64,000 nt of DNA. Source: Syntrophales bacterium. GTDB taxonomy: Bacteria; Desulfobacterota; Syntrophia; Syntrophales; PHBD01. Each line of letters begins with the position of its first letter. Within the stretch, counting starts at the first letter, position 1. The DNA is taken from the NCBI GenBank assembly GCA_963668175.1, contig OY764159.1, positions 896,001 to 960,000 of the forward strand, written 5' to 3'. A program made the position numbers and the translations under genes. The notes beneath the pieces are model-generated. The model was given only the letters and a program-made list of their open reading frames with translations. It was not told where the DNA came from and searched no databases. This document shows, piece after piece, positions 32,658-43,063 of the stretch.

Positions 32658-33902
32658 TTAAAACACCGACTCGCCGATGATGTGCCAGCCTGTCGGTCCG
32701 TTTTTGAGATAGAAGAGCTTGTTGGAATCGCTGTCGAAGTTGTTGGAGCGGTATTTCTGGACAAAACGTACGACGGCGATCTGTCCGTTCTGTTCCGGCG
32801 GCAGGAGGATGGCCAGGTCTTCCATCTTGACGCGGATGAATTTCTTGCTGCTGTTGACCTTTTCCTTTTGGCGCCGGAAGGCCTCGTAACCCATGCCTTC
32901 GCTGCTTATAAACTCCTTGGCGAAATAGCCGATATATTTTTTCGTGTTGCCGCTTTCCCAGGCTTGACGCCATCCTTCAAGGAATTTCATGATCTCCATG
33001 GAGGTCCGGTTCTGCTCGCCGATAGACGCAAGATTGAGTTTGCCGACGACCGTGATCGGCGTGCCGGAAGGCTTCAGCCATCCCGCGAGCTCTTTTAAGT
33101 CTTCGTTGCTGACGACAATGCAGCCCTTGGTGTTCTGCAGGTCTTCCTGACCGATATTCTTTCCGTTACTGTGACCGTGCAGCCAGATGCCCGTGCCGTT
33201 CTTCCTGTCCTTGCGGTCGAGAAAATTCGGATAGTTGAGGACGAAGGCGCCATACCCGTATTTCTCCGGCAGGCTGCTGCCCGGGGTGAATCTCATGAAG
33301 AAGTATGTCCCTTTCGGAGTGGCGAGGTCGCCGGCTTCTTTCTTGTCATTGTGGTTGGCGCCGACGATACAGGGATAACTTTTGACGAGGTTGAATTTCC
33401 CGCCGGTGAAACGGAAGAGATGAAGGGTCTTGTTCTCTTTTTCGCATATCAGGAGATATTCGCCGGTCGTGGCCAGAAGAAAAGGCTGCGGCGTTTTGTC
33501 GGGTGCGATGACGAGGGGAACGGCTTGCGGCATCGGTGTTGCCTGTGCGGTCGTAGCGGCCGGGGTCGCTGTTGCCGGAGAAGTTGCGGCAGCAACGGGT
33601 TGGGTGGTTGCGGCCTTCGGCTGTTCCTGGACGGCTACGGCCGCTTTCGCGCCTGGCGGCGGCGGGAGGTAGGCGGCCATCCTTTTCTGCGCATCGGACA
33701 GATGGGCATAGGCCTTTTGCACGTCCTTCTGGCCCAGCGCATCCTGGACCTGGCCGATCCGGGCATGGGTGTCGGCCACGAGCTTTGCCAGCGCCCGGTT
33801 GGCGGCCCCCTCTTTATAGTACAAATAGGTCAGAACGCCGTTGGAGGCGATGAGCGCCATAAAGACGACAAACCTGACTATTCGGAATGGTTTTGAGGTC
33901 AT
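32658..33902 (-). CDS. L,D-transpeptidase (YkuD) family protein with C-terminal NTF2-like domain
   Basis: N-terminal TM, Ala/Pro/Thr linker, GDxxTPxG, LNYPN, GIWLHG, TKGC catalytic Cys, WRQAWE...FVQKY. Confidence 0.88.
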   Translation of the reverse strand: MTSKPFRIVRFVVFMALIASNGVLTYLYYKEGAANRALAKLVADTHARIGQVQDALGQKDVQKAYAHLSDAQKRMAAYLPPPPGAKAAVAVQEQPKAATTQPVAAATSPATATPAATTAQATPMPQAVPLVIAPDKTPQPFLLATTGEYLLICEKENKTLHLFRFTGGKFNLVKSYPCIVGANHNDKKEAGDLATPKGTYFFMRFTPGSSLPEKYGYGAFVLNYPNFLDRKDRKNGTGIWLHGHSNGKNIGQEDLQNTKGCIVVSNEDLKELAGWLKPSGTPITVVGKLNLASIGEQNRTSMEIMKFLEGWRQAWESGNTKKYIGYFAKEFISSEGMGYEAFRRQKEKVNSSKKFIRVKMEDLAILLPPEQNGQIAVVRFVQKYRSNNFDSDSNKLFYLKNGPTGWHIIGESVF

Positions 33903-33923
33903 GGTCCGGTCTCGCCTTTACGT

Positions 33924-35090
33924 CTAAGCAAATTCCTTTTCAATCCGTAACATAGCCTCCTTGAGCCTGTCGTCGGGGACCGTAAGGGATATGCGGATGA
34001 ATCCTTCGCCGTATATGCCGTAAGCCGTGCCTGCCGCGACGACGACGGCTGTTTTATCGAAAAGGCGGTTAGTGAACTCGATGGAGGTCATTCCCGCGGG
34101 TACAGGCATCCAGAGATAAAATGTCCCTTTGGGGGGCGTAAAGTCGACGCCGATTTTCTTCATGGTCGCGAGAACCAGCTGCCGCCTGCGGGCGTAGATA
34201 TCAAGCATGCGGCCGATGCTTTCTCCCTCTTTGCTCAGGGCATGGATGCCGGCGAACTGAATCGGATTGAAGATGCCGGAATCGGTATTCTCCTTCACCT
34301 TGCTGATGGCGGCGATCAGGTCGGGATTGCCTACGGCCATGCCGATTCTCCAACCGCACATATTAAAAGGCTTGGAAAGGGAGTTGAGCTCGACGCCCAC
34401 ATCCTTGGCACCCTCGGCCATCATGAAACTCAAGCGTTCCTGGCCGTCGAAAAGGATTTCGCTATAGGGGTTGTCATAGCAGACGGCGATGTCATACTGC
34501 TTGGCGAAGGCCACGAGCTTTTGCAGAAAATCCCTGGTGGCGCAGGCGCCGGTCGGATTGTTCGGGTAATTGAGGAAAATGGCGGTGGCTTTATTCGCGA
34601 TATCCGAGGGGATATCTTCAAAAACGGGCAAGTAGCCGTTTTGCGAGAGAATCGGGACGTTGTAAGGTTCGCCGCCGCCCATCAGGATGCTGGCCCTGTA
34701 GGCCGGATAACCCGGGTCCGTCATCAGGACTGTATCTCCCGGATTCACCCGCGCGAGGATGAAGTGATGACAGCCTTCCTTGGATCCGATGAGGGCCAGA
34801 ATTTCGCTGTCGGGGTTCAAATCCACGCCGTAACGGTTTCGATACCAGTCGGCTACGGTCTTGCGAAAGGCCTGCATACCCTTTTCCTCATCTATGGGGT
34901 AGCGGTGGTTTTGAGGGTCGAAGGCCGTCCGCACCAGTTCGTCGATAATGGGTTTGGGGGTTTCTTCGACAGGATCGCCGATCGCCAGGCTGATCACGTC
35001 CACTCCGTCCGCCTTGGCTTTGCTTATTTTTTTCCGGAGCTCCATGAATAGGTATGGGGGGATCTTTGTCAAGCGCTCAGCGGTCTTCAA
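33924..35090 (-). CDS. dapL: LL-diaminopimelate aminotransferase
   Basis: Class I aminotransferase (GSKEG, NYPNNPTG, SLSK, GWRIG); adjacent to dapF. Confidence 0.88.
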   Translation of the reverse strand: MKTAERLTKIPPYLFMELRKKISKAKADGVDVISLAIGDPVEETPKPIIDELVRTAFDPQNHRYPIDEEKGMQAFRKTVADWYRNRYGVDLNPDSEILALIGSKEGCHHFILARVNPGDTVLMTDPGYPAYRASILMGGGEPYNVPILSQNGYLPVFEDIPSDIANKATAIFLNYPNNPTGACATRDFLQKLVAFAKQYDIAVCYDNPYSEILFDGQERLSFMMAEGAKDVGVELNSLSKPFNMCGWRIGMAVGNPDLIAAISKVKENTDSGIFNPIQFAGIHALSKEGESIGRMLDIYARRRQLVLATMKKIGVDFTPPKGTFYLWMPVPAGMTSIEFTNRLFDKTAVVVAAGTAYGIYGEGFIRISLTVPDDRLKEAMLRIEKEFA

Positions 35091-35130
35091 ATAACGTCTC
35101 CTTTCCCTTGATGATGCATCAGAATAAGAA

Positions 35131-35949
35131 TTACAGGTAAGCTTCTTCCCAGAGGGCTCCCTGATAAACTACTTTGACCTTTCCTTCAAGATAAATTTTT
35201 TCATATCTTCCGCCGGTTTTGGAAAAATGGATCTTCAGGGTTTCCCCGCTTTTGACCTGGACGCTGACGGGAGACTCCACAAACCCCAGGGATGCGGAAA
35301 CGAGCGCCGATGCCACGGCGCCTGTGCCGCAGGCCAGGGTTTCGTCTTCGACGCCCCGCTCGTAGGTCCGGACGGCCAGGGTGCGGCCGTCTATGATTTT
35401 CGCAAAATTGGCGTTCGTACCGGCGGGCCGATACCGCTCATGATAACGAATATTCCGGCCGATGGACACGATATCCATCGATTCTATGTTTTCGGCCAAA
35501 TGGACGACATGGGGGACGCCGGTGTTGATGCTGGAAACGACGAATGACCGGCCGTCGACGTCAATCGGATAATCGAGTGCCAGGGAATGCGAGTCCGTCA
35601 GGCGCAACTTGACGACATCGCCGTCCACTTCGGCGTCGATGATTCCCGCCAGAGTCTCAAAGGACATCGTGCTTTTGGCGATGCCTTTGAGATAGGCATA
35701 CCGGGCAGCGCAACGGCCCCCGTTGCCGCACATGTCCACTTCGCTGCCGTCGGCGTTGAAGAAACGCCACCGAAAGTCCACCTTGTCCGACGTTTCGATA
35801 AGGATGAGACCGTCCGCTCCCACGGAGACCCGCCGTTTGCAGACGGCCGTGACGAAATCGACGACGTTGCCCACCGCAAGAGATTGATCCCGATTGTCGA
35901 TGAGGATGAAATCGTTGCCGCTCCCGCTCATTTTGAAGAATTCGATCAT
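35131..35949 (-). CDS. dapF: Diaminopimelate epimerase
   Basis: GNDF, NADGS-MCGNG, GVPH, ERG-ETLACGTG. Confidence 0.95.
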   Translation of the reverse strand: MIEFFKMSGSGNDFILIDNRDQSLAVGNVVDFVTAVCKRRVSVGADGLILIETSDKVDFRWRFFNADGSEVDMCGNGGRCAARYAYLKGIAKSTMSFETLAGIIDAEVDGDVVKLRLTDSHSLALDYPIDVDGRSFVVSSINTGVPHVVHLAENIESMDIVSIGRNIRYHERYRPAGTNANFAKIIDGRTLAVRTYERGVEDETLACGTGAVASALVSASLGFVESPVSVQVKSGETLKIHFSKTGGRYEKIYLEGKVKVVYQGALWEEAYL

Positions 35950-36024
35950 GCCGTCTTGCCTTTCAACTCCCGTCCGGACGTGCGGTGTTTCCGTCCTTGT
36001 TCTTGCGTTTTAAGTATGGATGCT

Positions 36025-39000
36025 TCAGCCTCTTCGCCTCTCCAGGTTCTCCTTGATCTGGCGGGCGATGACCTCTACCTGGTCGCCCAGAAGAACCTTC
36101 AGCGGTATATCCGCAAGATAGCTGTCTTTCCAGGGGAGATTGTACTCGTTGATGAGATTCCTGATGTCGTTGTAACGATGTCCGAGGACGGCCCGTTTCG
36201 TTTCCATGGGCAGCGTTTCGTTAAAGGTTACATGGATGAGGAGCAGGCTCCTGACGCCGATTCCTTCTCCCAGCATGGGGATGATCACGATGGAGGCACC
36301 GTCGTATTTGCCCTGTCCTATGTATATATTCGCCGTCCGCGCGATCGTCTTCTTCGTGCCCATGAGGATGTTCGAGCCTTCGGCGCGGGACGTCATCTCT
36401 GCGGCGATGCCATGCCTTGTCCTGATGGAGATGGTGGAATTCTCTCCCGGCGACCCGTCCGCCTCCAGATTGTTGATATCGTAGAGGGTATACCCGTTGA
36501 CCGCCGCGATGGCGGGCTGTATGCGGATAATGGCCGGTATGTTCTTGCTGATCATGGACTTGGCGGTGAAACCGAGCGTCCGGAGGAGATCGAAGGCCAC
36601 ACCCCTGAGTTGTTCTTCCTTGCGGCTGGTTCCCACCGTAACCGTCTTGGCCTGGTGACGGATGGCGTCGACCGGCCGTGAAAGCTCGTCGATCAAATGC
36701 CCCAGGGAGATATCCAGGAAGACGATCGGGGAAGGCATCTCCTCCTTGACTTTGAAGTCGTGCCAGAAGTCTTCCAGGGGCAGTTTGCCGATGCTGTACT
36801 TCAATAGCAGAACGAGGTCCGATAGGGCTTTCACGGAAGTGAAGACGAACCCGCCATCGTTTCGGCGTTCGTAGAACCGGTCGGTGAAATCCATGACGAG
36901 CCGCCGCAGGTACGTATCGTTGACTTTTTCGTACAGGTTGAAATTGTGCCTGGCCTGTTCCAGCATCCGTTGGTTCAGGTTGCCTCTGAATTCCCGGAGG
37001 AAAGAGGCGTCATCGTCGATATGACAGGCGGCGTAGTAACCCCAGAGATGGCCGGCAAGGGTGTTCAGGATCACAGGCGCCGGGTGTCCCCCGCGGCGTA
37101 TGCCGATGACGCTGTCGGCGATCTGGTTGAAGCGGCTGTCGCCCTCGTCCGCAAAGACGACGACGCCGGCCTTATGGGCCTTGAAAATGGCCACATCCTT
37201 GATGATATCGCCGATTACGGCTTCCGGGCTGCCGGCGGCGCAGACGATAATGAGCGGCTCGGCGGAGAGATCGATGTGTTTCTTGTTTTCGATGATGTCC
37301 GACGAGATGGTCTTGTAACACAACTCGCTCAGTTTGATCCTTATTTCATCGGCGGCGGCCTTGTTCGGACCGCTGCCGACGATGGCCCAGTATCGTTTCT
37401 TTTTGGAGAGACCCTGTACGGAGTCGCAAATTTTGTCTCTTTGTGCAAGCACGGAGAGCATCGCCGACGGGATATGTTCGAGGTTGAGAAGTTCGTCGGC
37501 GATGGCGTTGTCGGACATCGTTCCCAGCATCTTGGCAAGACTCAGAGCCAATATATGGCCGGCGACGATTTGGGAGTAAAACGCCTTTGTCGACGCCACC
37601 GACATTTCGATATCCCGGCCGTCGCTCGTGTAAAAGACGCCGTCTGATTTGGACGTAATATCAGACTGCCGGCGATTAACGATGGAGATAACCATGGCTC
37701 CGCGCTCGGACGCCATCGCCACGGCCCGGTTGGTGTCGGTCGTCGTTCCGGACTGGGTGATGGGAATAACGAGCATATCCTTAAGGTCTTCTTCCAGACA
37801 GAAACCGCTCATTTCGGAGGCTATCCTCGCTTCGACCTTGATACGCGAATTTTTCAGATATCGTTCAAAGGCGTCCGCCACGGCGCTGCCGGCAACAGCG
37901 GCGGTCCCGTGCCCGATGACGGCGATGCGCTGAATCGCTTTGTCCTTGATGGCCCTGGTAATCTTTTCGGGGAATATATCTGAGCCGAGGTTGAAGGAAA
38001 CGGCGTGGCCGCCGCCTTCCCTTTCCGTAATGCGGTATTTGCCCCGGAGGGTCTTCCTGACGGACAAGGTGGATTCGTTGATCTCCTTCATGAAGAAGTG
38101 GCTGTAGTCGCCGCGGTCGATATCGCGGGTCGTGATTTCGGCCTTCTGAATATCCTTCTGTCCAATGGCGATAGGGGTACCGTCGTAGAAGAAGGCGCGG
38201 ATTCCGGAAGTGCCCCCTTCCGAGTCCTGCTCAAGAACGAATATCTGTCCCGCCGTGCCTCCGTCATCGGCCGCAGAGGTCTTTTCGCCGTCCATCTTGA
38301 GAAAGTGGGGCGTCCCCTCCACCAACCCGTATAATTCCGAAGAAAAGATATACCGGTCGGGAGCCATGCCGACGTAGATCGTCTGTCCGCTGCCCCTCAG
38401 GGCCAGGAAAGCCTTTCCCGGTTCCATGTCGCTGATCATGGCGATGGCGTGTGATCCCTCGAAATCCCGGACCGCCAGCCGGAACGCCTCGGCGAGGTCA
38501 TGGCCGGCCGTCAGGTGTTTTTCTATCTGAAGAGGGATGATTTTCGTATCGGTCGTCACGTCCGACGCGATGAGGTCCCCTCCGTCTGCTTCAAGTTTCT
38601 CCTTGAGGCTGAGATAATTGTCGATGTCGCCGTTCAGGACGACGCTGATGGAACGGGCCATGGGCCGCTCCGCATCACGCAGGGTGTAATTGTTGACGGG
38701 ATGGCAGTTTTCTTCCGTGATGGAGCCGACGGAGGCCCAACGGGTGTGGGCGAAGGTGGTTAGATGGACGGCCTCCTGGCCGACAAAGGCTTTGAATACC
38801 TGATCGTTTTCAATGGTGCTGCGCAGAGACCGGACATTCTGTCCCAACTCGCCGATAATGGAGAAGGTTTTGTACGTGAATGTAAGGGCGGCTCCGTCGG
38901 GATGACCGGAGGACGTTCCGTTTCCATTCCCGTCTGTCGAAAGGTGAATCTTACCATTGAAGAGGTCGCCGCTTTGCGATCTCTTGAGAAAATCGTCGTA

Positions 39001-39768
39001 TTGGCCGTTCTGTTTCAGCTTCTCCAGAACCGAGTCGATGTCACGGCTTTTTTTGACACTGAACAGGATCTGAATCCCTGCCGAATCGCGGCCGCGGACT
39101 TCCAGCCGGTCGATACAGTTGAGCAGGAAGTTGATATCGCGGTATTTCGCGAGCGAGGCCGGGGTCAGGTCCGACGGGGACTTGGCGCCCGCCAGTTTTA
39201 AAATCCGTTCCTGATTGTTGAGAATATCCTTCTCAAGGGCCCAGGCGATGTCCTTAAGCCTGACGAGCCGGCTGTTGATCATTTCCAGGTCCCCGGTGGA
39301 GAAGTGGCCGGCGCCTTCTTCCAGCTTCTTTTCCTCTTCCGCGTAGAACGCCGCCATTTGTTTTTGGGCGGCCCAGAGAAGGCCGGTTTGCGCGGTGTTG
39401 AAAAACAGGGCGTCGAAATTTTCGTTCCTTTTCAGCAATTCCAGCGATTTCTCTACGGGTTCCAGGCATCGGTCGCCGTCCAGATAATCGATCGGAGAAA
39501 TCCCTTGAGACAAAAGCGCCTGCATCCCCTTGGCCTTCATTTGAGCAAAGGAACGGGCCAGCACATCGCTCGCATCGAACGAAGCGGTCTGTATGGGCCG
39601 CTTTACGGCCATGATGCCCGCGAGTCCGCAATGAAGCCGGGCCTGGTAGCAGGGAAAGAGAATGATGCTCCCTGCCGGGGCATTACAGGGATCGATGCCG
39701 ATATAAATTCTCCAGGTGAGGTTGGATCGGAAAAAATCAGCCCCGTTTTTCAAGAATCGTCTGATCAA
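36025..39768 (-). CDS. glmS: Giant glutamine:fructose-6-phosphate amidotransferase-like protein
   Basis: CGLAG, RGRDSAG, HTRWAS, LNGDIDN; SIS motifs QSGTTTDT, VASTKAF, AKTVTV; TTG start with AAGGAAG RBS. Confidence 0.8.
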   Translation of the reverse strand: MIRRFLKNGADFFRSNLTWRIYIGIDPCNAPAGSIILFPCYQARLHCGLAGIMAVKRPIQTASFDASDVLARSFAQMKAKGMQALLSQGISPIDYLDGDRCLEPVEKSLELLKRNENFDALFFNTAQTGLLWAAQKQMAAFYAEEEKKLEEGAGHFSTGDLEMINSRLVRLKDIAWALEKDILNNQERILKLAGAKSPSDLTPASLAKYRDINFLLNCIDRLEVRGRDSAGIQILFSVKKSRDIDSVLEKLKQNGQYDDFLKRSQSGDLFNGKIHLSTDGNGNGTSSGHPDGAALTFTYKTFSIIGELGQNVRSLRSTIENDQVFKAFVGQEAVHLTTFAHTRWASVGSITEENCHPVNNYTLRDAERPMARSISVVLNGDIDNYLSLKEKLEADGGDLIASDVTTDTKIIPLQIEKHLTAGHDLAEAFRLAVRDFEGSHAIAMISDMEPGKAFLALRGSGQTIYVGMAPDRYIFSSELYGLVEGTPHFLKMDGEKTSAADDGGTAGQIFVLEQDSEGGTSGIRAFFYDGTPIAIGQKDIQKAEITTRDIDRGDYSHFFMKEINESTLSVRKTLRGKYRITEREGGGHAVSFNLGSDIFPEKITRAIKDKAIQRIAVIGHGTAAVAGSAVADAFERYLKNSRIKVEARIASEMSGFCLEEDLKDMLVIPITQSGTTTDTNRAVAMASERGAMVISIVNRRQSDITSKSDGVFYTSDGRDIEMSVASTKAFYSQIVAGHILALSLAKMLGTMSDNAIADELLNLEHIPSAMLSVLAQRDKICDSVQGLSKKKRYWAIVGSGPNKAAADEIRIKLSELCYKTISSDIIENKKHIDLSAEPLIIVCAAGSPEAVIGDIIKDVAIFKAHKAGVVVFADEGDSRFNQIADSVIGIRRGGHPAPVILNTLAGHLWGYYAACHIDDDASFLREFRGNLNQRMLEQARHNFNLYEKVNDTYLRRLVMDFTDRFYERRNDGGFVFTSVKALSDLVLLLKYSIGKLPLEDFWHDFKVKEEMPSPIVFLDISLGHLIDELSRPVDAIRHQAKTVTVGTSRKEEQLRGVAFDLLRTLGFTAKSMISKNIPAIIRIQPAIAAVNGYTLYDINNLEADGSPGENSTISIRTRHGIAAEMTSRAEGSNILMGTKKTIARTANIYIGQGKYDGASIVIIPMLGEGIGVRSLLLIHVTFNETLPMETKRAVLGHRYNDIRNLINEYNLPWKDSYLADIPLKVLLGDQVEVIARQIKENLERRRG

Positions 39769-39937
39769 TGGCTGCTTCCTTTCGTTGCTGAAAATGCAGT
39801 GATTGGTTATATCCTCCGCTACCCCGCCCCGGAGGTCTCTTTATCATATTCCCGCCGAACCGTTCCAGTCGTTTTATCCTCTCGGGATTTCAACGTTGAA
39901 TTATACGGAGCGACGCAGAATCAGTAAAGTGAAAGTA

Positions 39938-41206
39938 TTATGATTTGCAGGAGGGGATCTGTTCCAGCACCCGGACCGTCGTCCGATCGACGACCTGACG
40001 AAGCCATTCGGTGCCGGTGGAAACGCCTCTGTTACTTAACCCTTGAATCGTTTCGATGTAGTTTGCATCTCCCTTTTCCAGTTCGGTTTCAACATAATGC
40101 AGAAAGTCGTCGCGTTCTTTGAGACCCCAATCGGCTTCGCGGCCGTCCGTCAGGCAGCGTTCCACGACCGGCCAGTTGGCAAGAAATTCTCTCTGCCGGG
40201 TGAGGATTGTTGCCCGGTCCCCCGCAGGCAGCTTTCTTTCGGCAAGCCCGATGGAAGCATCCATCTTTTCCGAAAACTCACGGAATCGTTTCAATCTTTC
40301 CTTCAAAGCAAGATCGAGTTTATCCATCGCCCCTGCAAAGAGCTCATCGCCGTGTTCCCGTCCCTTGAAGAAGGGACGGCGGACATGGAGATACCACTGT
40401 TTGAGGGCCAGCAGGTTTGCGATATAGATGATGTTGTTTCGGACTTTGCGGCCTATGTCCCGGTACAGCCCGGGAGTGAATGCCTCCGCCGAATATGCCC
40501 CGGCATTTTCAGCAATCACAACACCGCCCTGCGGATAATCCTTGCGGCAGATGGTGCCGGCCGCCGTGACTGAACCGTAGCCGATCCTTACCGGCCCCGC
40601 CAGTCCTCCCTGGCCCCCCAGGAAGATGGGATTCTGATTGAGCATGACGCCTGCGGGGACGTCGCCGAGCAGGGACGGTGTTGCCTTGTCCTGGTTGGGT
40701 GTGTAATTGAAATGGATATAGGAACTGCCGACTTCGCTGTGGTTTTTGCGGTTTGTGCCGCCGGCCATGAAGCAGTCGCAGAAATTGATGAGGCTGCCCA
40801 GTGTGACGAAGGGAAAGAGGATCGTCTGCTTCAATCCCACCGTGTGGGCCGTATTTGCTTCTTCTTCCAGGATGCATCCTTCCCGGATCTGCGCTCCGCT
40901 GCCGGCGGCGGCATGGTCGAGAAACACGGACGATTTGCAGAATCCCCCGTGCAGCTTGACATCCGCTCCCAACTGGCAGTCATCCAGAGTGACGGGGGCT
41001 TCATAGCCCAACCTTGCGCCGCGTCCTATCAGCGTGGAGCCGCCGTAAATCCGGCTTCCGCCATAGATCCAGACGCCGTCGCCGGAAATTCTGTCCAAAG
41101 ATACTTCCTCGCCGATATCCACGGAGAAAGGATTTGGTATCCGTACCCCTTTTTCCATGAGCTTGACGATATGACGCGGTATCGGTGAAGGTCGGGTTTC
41201 TGTCAT
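39938..41206 (-). CDS. GlmU-like left-handed beta-helix acetyltransferase lacking the nucleotidyltransferase domain
   Basis: Begins like the GlmU C-terminal half (LMEKGVRIPNP); hexapeptide repeats; FNY motif; upstream of the glmS-like gene. Confidence 0.7.
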   Translation of the reverse strand: MTETRPSPIPRHIVKLMEKGVRIPNPFSVDIGEEVSLDRISGDGVWIYGGSRIYGGSTLIGRGARLGYEAPVTLDDCQLGADVKLHGGFCKSSVFLDHAAAGSGAQIREGCILEEEANTAHTVGLKQTILFPFVTLGSLINFCDCFMAGGTNRKNHSEVGSSYIHFNYTPNQDKATPSLLGDVPAGVMLNQNPIFLGGQGGLAGPVRIGYGSVTAAGTICRKDYPQGGVVIAENAGAYSAEAFTPGLYRDIGRKVRNNIIYIANLLALKQWYLHVRRPFFKGREHGDELFAGAMDKLDLALKERLKRFREFSEKMDASIGLAERKLPAGDRATILTRQREFLANWPVVERCLTDGREADWGLKERDDFLHYVETELEKGDANYIETIQGLSNRGVSTGTEWLRQVVDRTTVRVLEQIPSCKS

Positions 41207-41274
41207 TCTCTTATCCTGAATGACCGCCTGCGGCGGGTACGGGAAAAGCGGCTTGGGGGATGATGCCTTGTTGG

Positions 41275-41571
41275 TTAATCGTCTAGGCCGTCCATGCCGT
41301 ACTTGACCAGTTTCTTTTGGAAGGTGTTTCTGTTGATGCCGAGATAATGGGCTGCCTTGGTTTTGACATGGTCGGACCGTTTCATGGCAATTTTAAACAG
41401 ACTCTTTTCCACCATCGACACGATATCTTCGTGCAATCTGCTTTTACCGTTGCCGGTAGAGCAGAGAATGGTGGCCAGGTCTTCAATATTTTTTTCGATC
41501 TTTCCTTCAATCGTTTCCGACGCTGCCGGCTGTTTCTTATCGGCGACGGCTTTTTCTTTTTGTGTGTTCAT
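41275..41571 (-). CDS. Fis-family HTH protein
   Basis: VEKSL...KAAHYLGINRNTFQKKL HTH_8 motif; GAGG RBS. Confidence 0.82.
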   Translation of the reverse strand: MNTQKEKAVADKKQPAASETIEGKIEKNIEDLATILCSTGNGKSRLHEDIVSMVEKSLFKIAMKRSDHVKTKAAHYLGINRNTFQKKLVKYGMDGLDD

Positions 41572-41696
41572 GGGCAAGAGATCCTCAGTGTAAGTAGTCG
41601 TATATGATGTTGCGTTATTTGCCGATCTTCGATTTCCATTTTGCCGGGAACCGCCGCTTGCCGCAAGGAGCCCCACTACGGAGCCTTCGCGCTTGT

Positions 41697-42215
41697 TTAT
41701 AGCGGTACGATCTTCATGACGATGATTCCCGAAAGCACAACAGCCGCAAACCAGGCGGCAATGATATCTGATAAATTGACCGTGGGATTTTCCATCTGCG
41801 CCCGGACCTCATTATCCACTTTCTCCCGGTCCAGATGGAGATCAAGATGCCGGATCAGATCCGGATAATCCTGGTAGGCATTGGACAACACATGGAATCC
41901 CTTGGTCGTTGTCAGGAGAAAATATATTTTTCTCCGCATAGAGAGTGTGCCGATGTGCGTTATCTCATGCCACAGAAAGCTTTTCTCCCGCAGAAATTTC
42001 TTGATCCTGATCTCCTCTTCTCCGGCGGTTACGCGACGGGACATGGCCTCAAAAAAGATCAAGGCCGAAGGAATGAAAAATGCCGTGAGAACCAATCTCT
42101 CTGTCGGGACTCCTTTGTATAGCACAGACAGTAAAAGCAGGACCAGCAGGAGGATGACGGCCAATCCCAATGGGATCAAGAAGGCTTTTCTAATGCGGAA
42201 AATGTGCTGGGTCAT
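41697..42215 (-). CDS. Hypothetical membrane protein
   Basis: Two N-terminal and one C-terminal hydrophobic helices; AGGA RBS; co-oriented with moaC. Confidence 0.7.
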   Translation of the reverse strand: MTQHIFRIRKAFLIPLGLAVILLLVLLLLSVLYKGVPTERLVLTAFFIPSALIFFEAMSRRVTAGEEEIRIKKFLREKSFLWHEITHIGTLSMRRKIYFLLTTTKGFHVLSNAYQDYPDLIRHLDLHLDREKVDNEVRAQMENPTVNLSDIIAAWFAAVVLSGIIVMKIVPL

Positions 42216-42259
42216 GGGTTTCTGTATATCCTTTCAAACAAGCAAGAACCGTAACGGCG

Positions 42260-42745
42260 TTATGTATCTTTTCTGATGAAAGGACCGCTCTTGCCGCCTA
42301 TTTTCGAGAGGAGCTTGATATCGCTCAGAATCATTCCCTTGTCGGCGGATTTGCACATGTCGTAGACAGTCAATGCCGCCGTGCTCACCGCGGTCAGGGC
42401 CTCCATTTCCACGCCTGTTCTTCCCAGGGACCGGACCGTTGCCTCGATTTGTACCACACCCTGATCGACATCGACCGACAAACGCAGATCGATATCGGTC
42501 AATTCCAGGGGATGGCAGAGAGGGATCAACTCCGGCGTTTTCTTGGCCGCCATAATGCCCGCAATACGGGCCGTGTGAAGAACATCCCCCTTTGGCAGTC
42601 CCTGCCGGGCTATCAAGGCTGCGGTCTCCCTGCTCATGAGTACCTTGCCGCTGGCCGTGGCCTCGCGGACAGTCGCTTCTTTCGACGTGACATCGACCAT
42701 TCTTGCGCGGCCTTGATCATCAAGGTGGGATAATTGAGATATCAT
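42260..42745 (-). CDS. moaC: Cyclic pyranopterin monophosphate synthase
   Basis: MVDV, KGDV, LIPLCH, TGVEMEAL, YDMCK, GGKSG. Confidence 0.96.
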   Translation of the reverse strand: MISQLSHLDDQGRARMVDVTSKEATVREATASGKVLMSRETAALIARQGLPKGDVLHTARIAGIMAAKKTPELIPLCHPLELTDIDLRLSVDVDQGVVQIEATVRSLGRTGVEMEALTAVSTAALTVYDMCKSADKGMILSDIKLLSKIGGKSGPFIRKDT

Positions 42746-43034
42746 AAGAATTCTACAATGATTTTGTCAGAAATTGGTGAAGCTGCCGGATAAATAGGCG
42801 AAGAACTTAACATAGCTCATAACCGCCGTCAAGGACGTTCACGGGATTTTTTTATTGCGCGGGATCAACCTTTGCAAGGGACGGCCGAAGAAAATGATTT
42901 TCTAAAGAGGAATTGATTCTCTTCACGTTCCCGCCCCAATAAAAACAGTATGATTTGTCTAGAAAGATCCGACATTACTTTCTTAACTTTAGGTCATAGC
43001 TTTTTCTTATCATTTAGCTTCTATTCAATCCTTA

Positions 43035-43063
43035 TTGATTACAGCCGATGTCAACTATAGAAT
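43035..43063 (+). promoter_or_regulatory. Sigma70-like promoter of the RND operon
   Basis: TTGATT-17 nt-TAGAAT. Confidence 0.55.
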
